A stretch of 64,000 nucleotides of DNA from an uncultured virus (IMG/VR IMGVR_UViG_3300037466_002408) (lineage: Duplodnaviria; Heunggongvirae; Uroviricota; Caudoviricetes). Below are positions 28,946-39,248 of the stretch, one piece after another (positions within the stretch are counted from its first letter, which is position 1; each line of letters starts with the position of its first letter). A program made the translations under genes and the position numbers. The stretch lies in the IMG/VR virus record IMGVR_UViG_3300037466_002408, one strand, 5' to 3'. The notes beneath the pieces were generated by a model, which searched no databases, was not told the origin of the DNA, and saw only the letters and a list, made by a program, of their open reading frames with translations.

Positions 28946-29161
28946 ATGTCACTAAACAAAATTGCCCTAAAAAACGCACTTCAAGCTGCTTTTGAAGATA
29001 TTCGCTCTGATAAAACGGCAGCAGATGCCGCTCAGCAATTAGCAGATGCCATTGATGATTATGTCAAAACAGGCTCAGTGACGTTCGTTGCTGGTACACC
29101 CATTGCTACATCGGCTGGCCCTGGCACTATCACCGCTCCAATGACAGGAAACGTGCAGTAA
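28946..29161 (+). CDS. small baseplate-associated protein
   Basis: LADAIDDYVK motif; between spike and gp25-like gene. Confidence 0.55.
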   Translation: MSLNKIALKNALQAAFEDIRSDKTAADAAQQLADAIDDYVKTGSVTFVAGTPIATSAGPGTITAPMTGNVQ

Positions 29162-29586
29162 TGGCTAACAGATTCGGCAACGACTTTTTGCTTTCAGACG
29201 GTGATATCACTGTATCTAACTCTGGCGACCTATTGACCACTGATGGCTATGAATCCATGAGTGCCGATGAGTCGCACTTTGAGGGTTATTTTGCTATCGT
29301 GTATTCCATCACCAATAAGTTACTAAGTCAAAAGGGTGATAACGTATTTCATCCAGAGTACGGTAGTGACCTTGTGGAATTACTTTCTGCGCCAAATTCG
29401 CCAAGTCTAGCCTCGCATATTAAATCCGCCATTCAAAACTCCCTGTTGGAAGACGACAGAGTGCAGAGTGTCAAATCAGTGACGGTCGAGCAATACGATA
29501 GATATGTCACTGCAAAGGCTGAAGTCGTTCTAATTGGTAGTGATCAGGTTAGCGTACTGGTTTTCCCTAATTTCGTAGTTGAATAA
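29161..29586 (+). CDS. baseplate wedge / sheath initiator (gp25-like)
   Basis: KGDNVFHPEYGS, LLEDDRV. Confidence 0.8.
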   Translation: MANRFGNDFLLSDGDITVSNSGDLLTTDGYESMSADESHFEGYFAIVYSITNKLLSQKGDNVFHPEYGSDLVELLSAPNSPSLASHIKSAIQNSLLEDDRVQSVKSVTVEQYDRYVTAKAEVVLIGSDQVSVLVFPNFVVE

Positions 29587-29614
29587 TATTAAATGAGATT
29601 TAGGAGAAATCAGC

Positions 29615-30730
29615 ATGGCAGACCAGCGTAAAATCTATTCATTCAGTGAATTAATCGACCTAGCAAAGCTAAAGATTAGCTTGGCTGGTAGTAAGTTAAC
29701 CGATTGGAATACCGGCTCAAACGCACTATCAATTACTGAGGCTGTAGCTCACTTTGTTGAGTACCTACAGCTTCGCAATAATGAGGCTTTTGAAGCATTC
29801 TCTATCAACAAGGCCACTGGCGATAATCTTCGCGTTCGTGGTCGTGACTACAACCTTGAAATGAAGAGTGCGGTGGCTTCTTACGGTATTATTACCTTTG
29901 GCCGAAATCTGCCCTCTAATGCCGCCTTCACTATTTATGCTGGCTCACAAGTCTCAACTCAACCTGACGTTTTCGGTAATACGGTAAATTTCACCACTGA
30001 TGCCGACATTCAATTTCCTTCTGGCGGCATTTCAGTAACCGGCATGGTAACTTGCACCATTGCTGGCACCATCGGTAATGTGCCCTCTGGCACAATCACC
30101 AACATCACCTCATCAATTCCTGGCATCGACTTTGTGACCAACGCTGCCGTGTTTGGCGCTGGCGCTGATGATGAAACCGATGAGCAATTCCGCGACCGTC
30201 TTGCTACTCACATCAACGGTCTAAAGAAAGGCAATGAGGACGCTGTGAGGGCTGCTGCTCTAAGTGTCCCTGGAATTGTGCTTGCTCGTATTGCTGAGAA
30301 TGTGCCTGCTCCTGGTCAAATTACTGCTTACATTTCCAATCAATCAGGCACCATTCCTCCCGAGCAAATCGCCGCTGTAAAGACAGCCGCAGAGGATGCC
30401 GCTGCTTTCGGCATTCTGGCCAATATCGCCACACCAACAATCAACTATGTAACTCTATCCTTTGATGTTTATTACGACTCTGATAACTACGACCAAACTG
30501 TTGTTGACCAAGAGCTGCGCAATTCTCTTTATAGCTATATCAATATCAATCCTGATACCACCCTTCAAGTTGACGACCTTATTCTTGTGGCCAGAAAAGT
30601 ATCCGGAATCAGCAAGGTCAAGAACGTAAGTATTAATGGCGTAGCCGATGACTATGTTGCATCAGGATTCAGCGTAATTAGGCTTGCTGATACATCAGCC
30701 TCAATTAGTATCAATTGGAACGCCATCTAA
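29615..30730 (+). CDS. baseplate J-like protein
   Basis: ATGDNL, GTIGNV, GADDETDEQFRDR, ALSVPGI. Confidence 0.9.
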   Translation: MADQRKIYSFSELIDLAKLKISLAGSKLTDWNTGSNALSITEAVAHFVEYLQLRNNEAFEAFSINKATGDNLRVRGRDYNLEMKSAVASYGIITFGRNLPSNAAFTIYAGSQVSTQPDVFGNTVNFTTDADIQFPSGGISVTGMVTCTIAGTIGNVPSGTITNITSSIPGIDFVTNAAVFGAGADDETDEQFRDRLATHINGLKKGNEDAVRAAALSVPGIVLARIAENVPAPGQITAYISNQSGTIPPEQIAAVKTAAEDAAAFGILANIATPTINYVTLSFDVYYDSDNYDQTVVDQELRNSLYSYININPDTTLQVDDLILVARKVSGISKVKNVSINGVADDYVASGFSVIRLADTSASISINWNAI

Positions 30731-31356
30731 TGTCATTCAATAACTTTACACCAGAAGATATCGTAGAAAGAATTCAATTGGTGCTGCCGAGTCGTTTTAC
30801 TCGCAGTGTCTCTTCCGAGTTGTATAAATTTCTGCTCGGTCTTGCTGGTGTCTTAAAAATTAGTTCTGACGAGGTTGATGAGGTTTTCCGCCAAACCAAC
30901 CTCTATTCGGCTTCGGGCACATACGTTGATGACTATATCACTGGCTTGAGTAAGCTTGGCAGAAAAACCGGCGAATCAGACGACAATTATAAGACAAGAT
31001 ACTACAACAGAGTATACGTTTACAACTGCTCCAAAACCGGCCTAGAACAAATTGTAATTGATATTACTGGTCAGCCCCCTCAAGGTATGTATAGCTCTGC
31101 CAAGCGAGGCGTATTTGCCAATGCTCGTTATTACTATAATGATACCGATTTCCGTTCAACTTACGGTGTTAATTCGACAGCCGCATTTACAGGCTATATT
31201 CAATTCAAAACAAAACCTCCCACTGCTTATCTTGACGAACTTTGTAAAACAATTAATGAGGCCAAAGCTGCCGGTGTGACGATTTACTTGTTTTACCCAA
31301 ATGTTACTTATGGCTATGGTTATGGCGGCTACGGTGAAGTCGGCTACGGTACCTAA
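30730..31356 (+). CDS. baseplate wedge protein (gpI-like)
   Basis: ASGTYVD, RKTGESDDNYKTR, KAAGV. Confidence 0.7.
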   Translation: MSFNNFTPEDIVERIQLVLPSRFTRSVSSELYKFLLGLAGVLKISSDEVDEVFRQTNLYSASGTYVDDYITGLSKLGRKTGESDDNYKTRYYNRVYVYNCSKTGLEQIVIDITGQPPQGMYSSAKRGVFANARYYYNDTDFRSTYGVNSTAAFTGYIQFKTKPPTAYLDELCKTINEAKAAGVTIYLFYPNVTYGYGYGGYGEVGYGT

Positions 31357-31367
31357 AGGAACCATTA

Positions 31368-32156
31368 ATGAAAAAGACTAATGTATTTCCATTGGCTGAA
31401 GTTAAAGCCGGTGACGTTCAAAACCTCAATGACTACCTAGAGCAAGCCCTTAGTCTTGTGACCGCTGACGTGTTAACTATGTCCAGCGGTGTCATCGTTG
31501 GTTTGAATGTAGTACAAAACACCAACGCCCATGTTACCGTTGGTTCGGGTGCCATCTTTCAGAATCGTCTATTTGGCGAGCTAGAGAATTCCGGCAGTGG
31601 ATTCGTCATCAACCTACCTGTTAGTGGAACTAAGACGGACGCAATCGTTGCCTCTTATCAAGAGGTCTATGACACTCCGTCAACCGGCTATGTGCTAATG
31701 GACACGGTGACTCGACTTGAGACTGTCCAGAATTTCAACACTAGAAAATTCGGCGCAGTAAAGCTTGAGTATGTAGAGAACACAACTGCTGGTGTTGCTC
31801 CCTCTGGCAAAATCATTGTTTGTGAAATTGTCTCTGCCTCGTCGGGCATTGTGACCGTAAGCACAACCAACAGAACTAAAGTGATTCTTACTGGCTTGAA
31901 TGGTTCAAACATTCAAGTTTCCGGCACAGATACAACGTTTATCTCCACAGCAATCACCAATGCGACACCTAAAACCGGCAATCCAAATCTAACTTACAAT
32001 ACTGCTAGTAGGCTAACTGGTATTTCTAACGGTACGGTCAACAGCACTATTAGTCGAGGCTCAAGAGGGCTTATCTCAACAGTAACGGATGGTACATCAA
32101 CATTAACCATCAATCGTGACGCATCAGGTAAAATTACTTCAATTACGGAGTCTTAA
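31368..32156 (+). CDS. tail fibre / baseplate protein
   Basis: GVIVGLNV, VTVGSG; beta-rich Thr/Ser C-terminus. Confidence 0.6.
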   Translation: MKKTNVFPLAEVKAGDVQNLNDYLEQALSLVTADVLTMSSGVIVGLNVVQNTNAHVTVGSGAIFQNRLFGELENSGSGFVINLPVSGTKTDAIVASYQEVYDTPSTGYVLMDTVTRLETVQNFNTRKFGAVKLEYVENTTAGVAPSGKIIVCEIVSASSGIVTVSTTNRTKVILTGLNGSNIQVSGTDTTFISTAITNATPKTGNPNLTYNTASRLTGISNGTVNSTISRGSRGLISTVTDGTSTLTINRDASGKITSITES

Positions 32157-32159
32157 TAA

Positions 32160-32867
32160 ATGGCTAACAATATTATTGCAATCAATCCACGTCCCGACAG
32201 GGAAGAGACATATCTTAACATGTTTGGTCGTTGGTGGGCTTGGCGCATTTTTGCGCGTGGTAGCTCTGCTGTATATGGCACTACACCCAGAACGTCAAAC
32301 GGCATGGTTGAATGCACTCGCATTACCGATTTGCTTAATTCTGTTGCTGCTGTGGAAGACCCTGGCAGTGCCGTTTCCACTGCCGCTGGCGTTGTGAGTG
32401 GTGGTGGTACTGTTACTTGCATCAATGGCCAGCTGTACTTCCTTCCCCCTCCGTTGGTTGCAATGACGGTGCCTGCGCAAACTGCTTGTGCCAAACTCAC
32501 CATTGGTATGTATACGAGCGCCAACAACACCCCTATTCTAGCGGGTGCAACTGTTGATTTAGTTAAAATTGCTGCTGATGGCACAATTACTCAACTTGGC
32601 ACTGGTGCGGGTACAATTGTTGGTTCTAATGCTGCCACTGCTGCCACCACCTGGACGCCTTTGAGGGTTACAGCGAATATTGCAATTGCAGCTGATTCGG
32701 CTATTGCCGCAACGGAAAGGCTTTCGGTTCGTTTGACCACCACCACTTCCAGTTCTAGCGCCACGGCCAACAACGTTTCCATGACTTTGAATGCTGGTGG
32801 CGGATCGTCCTTGAATGCTCCAACTCTAGCAACCACAACTTCTGATATTATTCTTGAAGTTCGCTAA
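32160..32867 (+). CDS. putative structural protein
   Basis: Ala/Thr-rich, in the tail module. Confidence 0.55.
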   Translation: MANNIIAINPRPDREETYLNMFGRWWAWRIFARGSSAVYGTTPRTSNGMVECTRITDLLNSVAAVEDPGSAVSTAAGVVSGGGTVTCINGQLYFLPPPLVAMTVPAQTACAKLTIGMYTSANNTPILAGATVDLVKIAADGTITQLGTGAGTIVGSNAATAATTWTPLRVTANIAIAADSAIAATERLSVRLTTTTSSSSATANNVSMTLNAGGGSSLNAPTLATTTSDIILEVR

Positions 32868-32886
32868 TTTAGCGTAGGAGTTTTGA

Positions 32887-33285
32887 ATGAATACGCCGAC
32901 TACAAACTTTGGTTTTAATAAACCAGCCAGAAATGATTTTGATTGGGACTTAACTCTCAATTCCAACTTCGATAAGATTGACACTGAGCTGGCGCGAGTA
33001 AACGCTGTCAAACTTGGTGGTCTTGCCGCTTCTGGTTATGTGACGAAGGACTACTTTGGTACATTCGTTACGAGTTTCATTGCTGCCGATATCGCCGCCC
33101 TAAAAGCTGCAACCGGAATGACAAGCACAAGCACGGCCATTGTTCGCTCGTTTGGCACTTATCTATATGATCCCACTTCAACAGACACGGCAGATGACCG
33201 CTGGATTGTTATTCCCAACTCTGGCGTAGGCAGATGGTATTGTGAGAATCCCGGTGCTGATTTGATTATGGATCTGATCCCTTAA
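32887..33285 (+). CDS. putative tail fibre-associated protein
   Basis: TTNFGFNKP..LNSNFDKID N-terminus typical of fibres. Confidence 0.6.
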   Translation: MNTPTTNFGFNKPARNDFDWDLTLNSNFDKIDTELARVNAVKLGGLAASGYVTKDYFGTFVTSFIAADIAALKAATGMTSTSTAIVRSFGTYLYDPTSTDTADDRWIVIPNSGVGRWYCENPGADLIMDLIP

Positions 33286-33295
33286 GGTGAAATAA

Positions 33296-34417
33296 ATGAG
33301 TTATGATTTAGTTAGAGCATCTGCACTTTACGTTGGACTTACAACTGGTTCTATTGATTCGACCACGCTTCAATTAGAGCTTGTCAAGGCCAATACGGTA
33401 GCTGCACTAAAAACACTCCTACAGCATCGCACTCTAAAGACTAAGATTTTTGCGAGCGATACTGCACTAACTGCCTTGGCCGCTTCCAATACTGCTGTTG
33501 ACACTATTATGAGCGATCTGCCGACATTCAATTCGGTATTCGCCAACAATGCTGCTGTTGATAAGCTAATTAACCATAGTAATTCTGGTCCTAAAATTGC
33601 CGGTAACGACACTTATACCCAGAGAGCCTGTAGTGTTGGTCGTGCTGCTTGGAATATTGTTGCTAATTCTAGTGCATTCAACTACTGGAAGGGTACCCCA
33701 GCTAACTATGTTCGTCTTCAGGCACAAGTAAATGCTGCTGGCTCAAAACTCAAGAGCCAGCTATTTACCGCCTCTGGCAACTGGACTCCTGTTAATCCTC
33801 TTGCTGTTGCTGCTCTCGCGATTGGCGGCGGCGGTACTGGCGGTAAAGGCGGCGACGGCTCATTCTCATATCAAGGATCTGGCGGACAAGGTGCCGAAGC
33901 TGCTACTTACGTAAACACTTCAAGCGTTCCTGCTTCTGCTGCAATTACTGTTGGTGCTGGTGGTGTGGGTATTGATGCAAACGGCGGTTCTTCAAGCTTT
34001 GGTGCTTTACTAACTGCTGTTGGTGGCGCCACAAACAACGGTAATAATGGCACTACAACAAATGGCGGCGTTGCCTCGATGACCGATACCAATTTCCAGA
34101 CCGCCGTTTGGCAATTGTCAGCAATGCGTCAAAAGGGTGGTGCGGCAACTCAAGCTGGTTCTTGGCCTGGTGCTACTGGTGGTACAACGCCTGCTAATTA
34201 CGCCGGAACTCCCACTGCCGGTACGGGTATTTGTGCTGGTGGTGGCAACTCTAACCTCGCTGGCTTCTCCGGTTCTGTGGCACAACAAGGCGCTAACGCT
34301 GTTGCTCCAAACTACGGCTCGGGTGGTGGTGGCTCTGCTCAGGCCAACATCGCCAATGGGCGCGCTGGCGGTAATGGTGCCCCCGGTTGCGTAATGGTCT
34401 ATTGGGTCGAGGCATAA
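33296..34417 (+). CDS. glycine-rich tail protein
   Basis: FTASGNWT, IGGGGTGG, GGNGAPGCVMV. Confidence 0.7.
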   Translation: MSYDLVRASALYVGLTTGSIDSTTLQLELVKANTVAALKTLLQHRTLKTKIFASDTALTALAASNTAVDTIMSDLPTFNSVFANNAAVDKLINHSNSGPKIAGNDTYTQRACSVGRAAWNIVANSSAFNYWKGTPANYVRLQAQVNAAGSKLKSQLFTASGNWTPVNPLAVAALAIGGGGTGGKGGDGSFSYQGSGGQGAEAATYVNTSSVPASAAITVGAGGVGIDANGGSSSFGALLTAVGGATNNGNNGTTTNGGVASMTDTNFQTAVWQLSAMRQKGGAATQAGSWPGATGGTTPANYAGTPTAGTGICAGGGNSNLAGFSGSVAQQGANAVAPNYGSGGGGSAQANIANGRAGGNGAPGCVMVYWVEA

Positions 34418-34429
34418 CCTCTACCATAT

Positions 34430-34454
34430 CGCCCCGCGAAAGCGGGGCTTTTTC
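34430..34454 (+). terminator. intrinsic terminator
   Basis: GCCCCGC-GAAA-GCGGGGC followed by TTTTT. Confidence 0.8.
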
Positions 34455-34493
34455 ATTAGTAAAAATAATAATAGATATGATTGAGGTCATCTT

Positions 34494-35153
34494 ATGCAGT
34501 TTATTATGTCTTTTGTTTTGGCGATTTTGTTAGTTTTTTCAACAGGCTGCTCTAATTCGCCAACAATCCCTGCACAAACAGTAAAGCCAAACACAAGTTC
34601 TATTTCTAGCCCTTGGCGATGGACAGCCAATGGAATTCCTTCTACCGAGCTTGTTAGTGTAACTGCCTCTAAAACCCCAGATCAATTATCAACCTATTTT
34701 CAAAATAATTACATCTGGAAAGATGATTATGACGGAGTTGAGTTTTTATCTCCGAATCAGGTAGTGGCACGTAAGAGTGCAATTTGTTCAGGCTTTGCTC
34801 GTTTGTGGCAATACGCACTAGAAGCCAATGGATATACTGCTCATTTTATTGCTGTATGGGCACCCACAGGCGCTCATGCGTTCTGCATTTTTCAATACAA
34901 CGGCTATTGGCGTCTTTCATCAAATATGTATTATTACTACCAACCCGAGAAGACAATGGGTGTGATGGGCAAAGATTACATGCAAACAGCCGCTATCAAC
35001 GGAGCCATTGAATTCTATGGCAATAAGTGGCAAACAATTCAAATTTTTAGCGATTCAGGTCAAATTATTGACCAACTAGATAATTATTCCGTTCAGCAAA
35101 CTCCCGCAATTCCTGGTGCAGAAACAAAAACAGTATTTAATATTAAGAGGTAG
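34494..35153 (+). CDS. lipoprotein with transglutaminase-like domain
   Basis: Lipobox STGC; SPNQV..AICSGFA and GAHAF (Cys/His). Confidence 0.6.
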   Translation: MQFIMSFVLAILLVFSTGCSNSPTIPAQTVKPNTSSISSPWRWTANGIPSTELVSVTASKTPDQLSTYFQNNYIWKDDYDGVEFLSPNQVVARKSAICSGFARLWQYALEANGYTAHFIAVWAPTGAHAFCIFQYNGYWRLSSNMYYYYQPEKTMGVMGKDYMQTAAINGAIEFYGNKWQTIQIFSDSGQIIDQLDNYSVQQTPAIPGAETKTVFNIKR

Positions 35154-35158
35154 AAGAA

Positions 35159-35704
35159 ATGCTAACCCAAGCTCAAATTGACTTCTTGAAGAATCATATT
35201 AAAGGTTTCTGCCTCCACTGGACGGCTGGCACCTATTCGCAGACTTTTGACCATTATCACTTCAATATCACTTACGATGGAAAACTCGCCCACGTAAAGC
35301 AAACCCGCTCCATCTATGAAGTTGGCTCGCACCTTTACAAGCGTAATACTGGCACCATTGGTATTTCAATGTGTGGTATGGCTGACAAGAATTACCCTAT
35401 CGAGGAACATCAGATTGAGGTAACTGCCAAGCTAACTGCCGAACTCTGCTTCATCCTCGGCCTTGACCCCAACGGAACCCGCGTTGTTAATGACCTCGTT
35501 GTTCCCGGCAAAACCCACACCGTTCCGATTGTGGCAGACCATAAGACCTTCGCTCTCATTGATTACCCTGGTCAACGTTGGGATATTGGTCACGAAGGCG
35601 ATCCGGTCGCTCTTTATCCCTTGGTCTACAGGAAGGTTCAATGGTATTACAGCAAGCTAAAATCCGGCGAACCAAAGAGAGAATTCACCACCAACATTAA
35701 ATAG
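35159..35704 (+). CDS. endolysin, N-acetylmuramoyl-L-alanine amidase-like
   Basis: LHWTAG, YHF, SHLYKRNTGTIGISMCG, DH, RWD. Confidence 0.8.
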   Translation: MLTQAQIDFLKNHIKGFCLHWTAGTYSQTFDHYHFNITYDGKLAHVKQTRSIYEVGSHLYKRNTGTIGISMCGMADKNYPIEEHQIEVTAKLTAELCFILGLDPNGTRVVNDLVVPGKTHTVPIVADHKTFALIDYPGQRWDIGHEGDPVALYPLVYRKVQWYYSKLKSGEPKREFTTNIK

Positions 35705-35712
35705 GAGGCCAT

Positions 35713-35982
35713 ATGCCCAAAGGTAAAGGAATCGGGGATATGGTTATCGGGGCAATCCCAGGACTAGTAATCTCCATTGTAACAACAGTAATTGTTTTTT
35801 CTGGCACTTTCTCTGGTTTAAGTACAAGAGTAGACGCAAACACAGATAAGTTAAAAAATGTGGTTTATCAAAACGAGTTTAAAGCTGTAATCGACGGACA
35901 AAAAGAAATGGCAGATGCCATGAATAAACGCCTCGATCGAATGGAAGAAAAGCTCGATAGAATTAATGAAAGAATAAAGTAG
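35713..35982 (+). CDS. membrane-anchored coiled-coil lysis-module protein
   Basis: One TM segment plus RLDRMEEKLDRI. Confidence 0.55.
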   Translation: MPKGKGIGDMVIGAIPGLVISIVTTVIVFSGTFSGLSTRVDANTDKLKNVVYQNEFKAVIDGQKEMADAMNKRLDRMEEKLDRINERIK

Positions 35983-35991
35983 GAGAACAAA

Positions 35992-36423
35992 ATGGATTAT
36001 CTAGCAATTGCAGCCCTTGTTATTCATCTAGTGCAGGCTCACTGGACTACGGTTTTGATTATTGCCGCGTCCGTGCAGGCTATGTATGTGGCACTACAAG
36101 GCAAGGCTTACGACAAGTTTTTCGCCCTAGCAAAAGAGCTAGTGGTGAAGGTGGCCGATGAGGAGCTATCTGGTCCCGATAAGCGTAAGAAGGTAATTGA
36201 CGACGCTTATGTGATGCTTCCTCTGTGGGCTAAGGCTCTGGTAACTCAGGCACAGGCCGAGGTGCTTGCCGAGAGAGCTTATCAGGTTCTACGTGGCGAA
36301 ATGGCTAAAGCCCCTGAGCCTGCTCCGGTTGTGACACCTCCTGTTACCTCGGTTGACCCCACGGTTCCAGTGGTTGACGAAGCCAATATGGAAGTCAAGT
36401 CGCCCATCAAGATTGAAGAGTAA
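35992..36423 (+). CDS. putative holin
   Basis: Hydrophobic N-terminus; SGPDKRKKV motif as in LL-H-like holins. Confidence 0.55.
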   Translation: MDYLAIAALVIHLVQAHWTTVLIIAASVQAMYVALQGKAYDKFFALAKELVVKVADEELSGPDKRKKVIDDAYVMLPLWAKALVTQAQAEVLAERAYQVLRGEMAKAPEPAPVVTPPVTSVDPTVPVVDEANMEVKSPIKIEE

Positions 36424-36425
36424 AC

Positions 36426-36460
36426 GAAAAAGAGCCCCCGCTTTCGCGGGGGTTTTTCTT
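36426..36460. terminator. bidirectional terminator
   Basis: AAAAAGAGCCCCCGC-TTTC-GCGGGGGTTTTTCTT between convergent blocks. Confidence 0.85.
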
Positions 36461-37169
36461 ATGACCTATGCCACCTAAGGTCAACTTTCATTCCCAACTG
36501 TTTAATCCAGGTTTCCGCCATTTCCCTTGTATAGTCTTTGTTTGGGCTGGCGGAAAATAGGTGAGCCAGGTGCAGAGATTTCTTGCCAATAACAAACATA
36601 CCAACAAGGTCTTGCGGATTGATGTTGTAAAACTCAGGCATTAGACTGAGCCAACTACTTAGCGGAGCAACACACTTATGCTCCTCAAAATCGCCAGGCT
36701 CAACCTCGCCCTGAGGATAAAACCAAAGTGGAGTAGAAACAACAAGTCTGGCAGTATCCTTCATATACATCAATAGCCACTGAATAAGAATTACTGCGTC
36801 CTCAGGATTGAAATGCTCAATTACATCCATGAGGAAAATGTAATCATACTTCTTGATGAACTCTGGACGTAAATCCATTACATTCACATGCCACACATTT
36901 CGGTAGTAGTGGCGCAAAATTGGATTATTGCAGGTTTTTTCCCAGGCATCAATGCCATCTACAATAACATGAGGATGGCCGAGTGAGAGGATGCGCCCCA
37001 ATTCGCCGCGACCAAAACCAATATCTAAACACTGATATAATCCTGTCTCATTAGGCATTGGAAGAATATCGGGCGTAATCTCTTTAGTGGCAGAAGAACT
37101 GCCAATGAATTGATAGTTGGAAGGCATATCATCGCCAACATATGCGTAGTTAATGACGGTCTGTTTCAT
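36459..37169 (-). CDS. class I SAM-dependent methyltransferase
   Basis: LDIGFGRG, DGID, YDYIFLMDVIEHF, VSTP. Confidence 0.85.
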   Translation of the reverse strand: MKQTVINYAYVGDDMPSNYQFIGSSSATKEITPDILPMPNETGLYQCLDIGFGRGELGRILSLGHPHVIVDGIDAWEKTCNNPILRHYYRNVWHVNVMDLRPEFIKKYDYIFLMDVIEHFNPEDAVILIQWLLMYMKDTARLVVSTPLWFYPQGEVEPGDFEEHKCVAPLSSWLSLMPEFYNINPQDLVGMFVIGKKSLHLAHLFSASPNKDYTREMAETWIKQLGMKVDLRWHRS

Positions 37170-37915
37170 TTGAACTCCTGGTAAATCGGCCCATTAGAAC
37201 ACTCTTTAAGAAACACTGTCATATTGTGATGATAATATTCATGTCTCTCGTCATCAGAAATACTTGAAATCTTAGAGCCGCCACAACTGCCTAACTCAAA
37301 ATCCAGCGAGCGGAAATAAGGTTCAGCCTCTAAAATACTTAAGTAAGGTCCATTATTTCCGGTTAATCCGGCGCGATAAACACGTTGGCTGTATCCCATA
37401 TGCTCAAAGCCGTAAAGTTTATACTCTCTATTCATTCCGCCAACAATAGCAAGTGTTCTCTTGGTGAGAAACAGCATGGCACCAGAACAATGCTTCATTG
37501 ACACAACATTGTATAGATTCTTGGATGACCAAATTTGAGGCTCATGCAGGTCATTACGCATGTACATAGCGTGGTCAATGCCTGATTCAATGTAAGGCTT
37601 TTCCCAACCATCTTTGATGGGATAGCAATCATCATCAAAAAGGAAGATGTAATCAGCACCAACCAGTCTGCGTAGACACTCATTTTTCGCCGCAGCAACA
37701 CCATCCCGCTTGGCTTTAAAGATGAATGTAACCTTTGACTTGCACTCATGAGCAATGTCTAATAGTTTATCAAAGTGTTCATCATTGCTGTAGTCATCAA
37801 CAACAACAATCTTAACTTGATGCTCCGAGGGCAAATGCCGAATAATATGGGCCAGGGCTGTTGCGAGCAACCCTGACCTGTTATGCGTGGTGATTCCGAT
37901 TCCAATCTTAGCCAT
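37166..37915 (-). CDS. glycosyltransferase family 2
   Basis: ITTHNR, VVDDYS, GVAAAKN, LFDDD, YGFEH. Confidence 0.88.
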   Translation of the reverse strand: MAKIGIGITTHNRSGLLATALAHIIRHLPSEHQVKIVVVDDYSNDEHFDKLLDIAHECKSKVTFIFKAKRDGVAAAKNECLRRLVGADYIFLFDDDCYPIKDGWEKPYIESGIDHAMYMRNDLHEPQIWSSKNLYNVVSMKHCSGAMLFLTKRTLAIVGGMNREYKLYGFEHMGYSQRVYRAGLTGNNGPYLSILEAEPYFRSLDFELGSCGGSKISSISDDERHEYYHHNMTVFLKECSNGPIYQEFK

Positions 37916-38261
37916 TTTTCGCCAGCTTCCCCACAGGCATTAAAGTCTCAGGACTGATAAAAATAACAGGAACACCAATCTTGAAGGCTTCATCAATTTC
38001 TTCCTTCATACCGCTTGAGCATTCATCGTAATTATTAGCGAAAGCCCATACATACTTACAATAAGGAATCTTCTTGAGGCCCCACATAATACCCTTGCGG
38101 CGATCTGACTCATCTAGCTCGTCAAGAAATCGCGGGTAATAACAATGGGGAGCAAACGGGTCAAATCCCATATTTGCCGCGTAATCGCAATAGAAGAGAG
38201 CCTTCTTAATATTGGCCTCAATGTCGCCACGCAGAGGACTACAAATAAAAACGTCAAACAT
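37908..38261 (-). CDS. DUF4406-like / nucleoside deoxyribosyltransferase-fold protein
   Basis: VFICSPLRGD, PFAPH, SSGMKEEI. Confidence 0.7.
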   Translation of the reverse strand: MFDVFICSPLRGDIEANIKKALFYCDYAANMGFDPFAPHCYYPRFLDELDESDRRKGIMWGLKKIPYCKYVWAFANNYDECSSGMKEEIDEAFKIGVPVIFISPETLMPVGKLAKNG

Positions 38262-38368
38262 TGTTAATCACCAATTTGGCAGATAAGAGCCAGAAACCAC
38301 ATGCCAAGAATAGTCTCAGGAGGAACCTGGAAAATCCAAGCAATAACAAAAAAGATAATATGATTCAC

Positions 38369-39037
38369 TTAGTAGTTACCTCGTACATAAGAGAATTGCT
38401 GGCTGACAGCGCCGAAGAAATGCTCATACAAATCGTTTTCTGATAGTTGTTGTAGCGGCTCATAATTCTCTGTGTCTTCTAGACCAGCCACAAATCGCGC
38501 CACAACAGCCATGATGGTTTCCTTGGGAACGTTATAGCCCTTCTTGCAATACTTGAAAGCACGAAGGAGAGAACCGGCTGAGTCCTCATCGCGATCAGGC
38601 GAGGTATAGGTCAGGCGATTTGTGTACAGGTCGTCATAAAATCGCGAATCAACAGCAGAGCGGAAAGCGCCATTCTCATACCAAATGGCAATTCGGCAAA
38701 CAGTGAAGTCAAAACTCATCATACAATCGACAGCGTTATCAAAAGTCCATCGAGTGATAAACTGTACGGGCTTGGTGTCCTTGATAACTAGCGTTGCAGC
38801 ATTCTTGGTTTCCACCAAACGAGATACGTGCTTGTTGTGCATGTCGCGGTAGATGCGCTGCAACTCATCCTTGGACGTGCCGAAAAGATCGAAGTCATTA
38901 ATCTCAACGTCCTTCAAAACTGACAGCAGAGCGCCACCAGCAAGGAAAACATTCTCTTCCTTGAGCAAGTCAAGAATAACATCGGGAATCTGAGCTAGGA
39001 CTTTCTCTAGGTCACGGTCTGTTAGTGCTTGGTGCAT
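38369..39037 (-). CDS. nucleotidyltransferase (CCA-adding/poly(A) polymerase-like head domain)
   Basis: FLAGGA..DFDLF, FDFTVC, LLRAFKY. Confidence 0.7.
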   Translation of the reverse strand: MHQALTDRDLEKVLAQIPDVILDLLKEENVFLAGGALLSVLKDVEINDFDLFGTSKDELQRIYRDMHNKHVSRLVETKNAATLVIKDTKPVQFITRWTFDNAVDCMMSFDFTVCRIAIWYENGAFRSAVDSRFYDDLYTNRLTYTSPDRDEDSAGSLLRAFKYCKKGYNVPKETIMAVVARFVAGLEDTENYEPLQQLSENDLYEHFFGAVSQQFSYVRGNY

Positions 39038-39047
39038 TTCTTTTCCT

Positions 39048-39248
39048 TTACTGTTTCCAGCCAAATTCATAAATTGTCGTATCTAGGTGAGGGTAGTCAT
39101 TGCCGTCTGTGCCTTTAATTTGGCGAATTCTAGAGCGTATATCTACCTCAAGGTATGACAAATTATGCTTCATCATAAGCTCATATAGAAGATGTTCAAA
39201 CTCCATTTGAATTTCGTCAGTTTTGGCCCTGGCTTCTTCTCGCTTCAT
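39048..39248 (-). CDS. hypothetical protein
   Basis: Overlaps the upstream stop. Confidence 0.5.
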   Translation of the reverse strand: MKREEARAKTDEIQMEFEHLLYELMMKHNLSYLEVDIRSRIRQIKGTDGNDYPHLDTTIYEFGWKQ

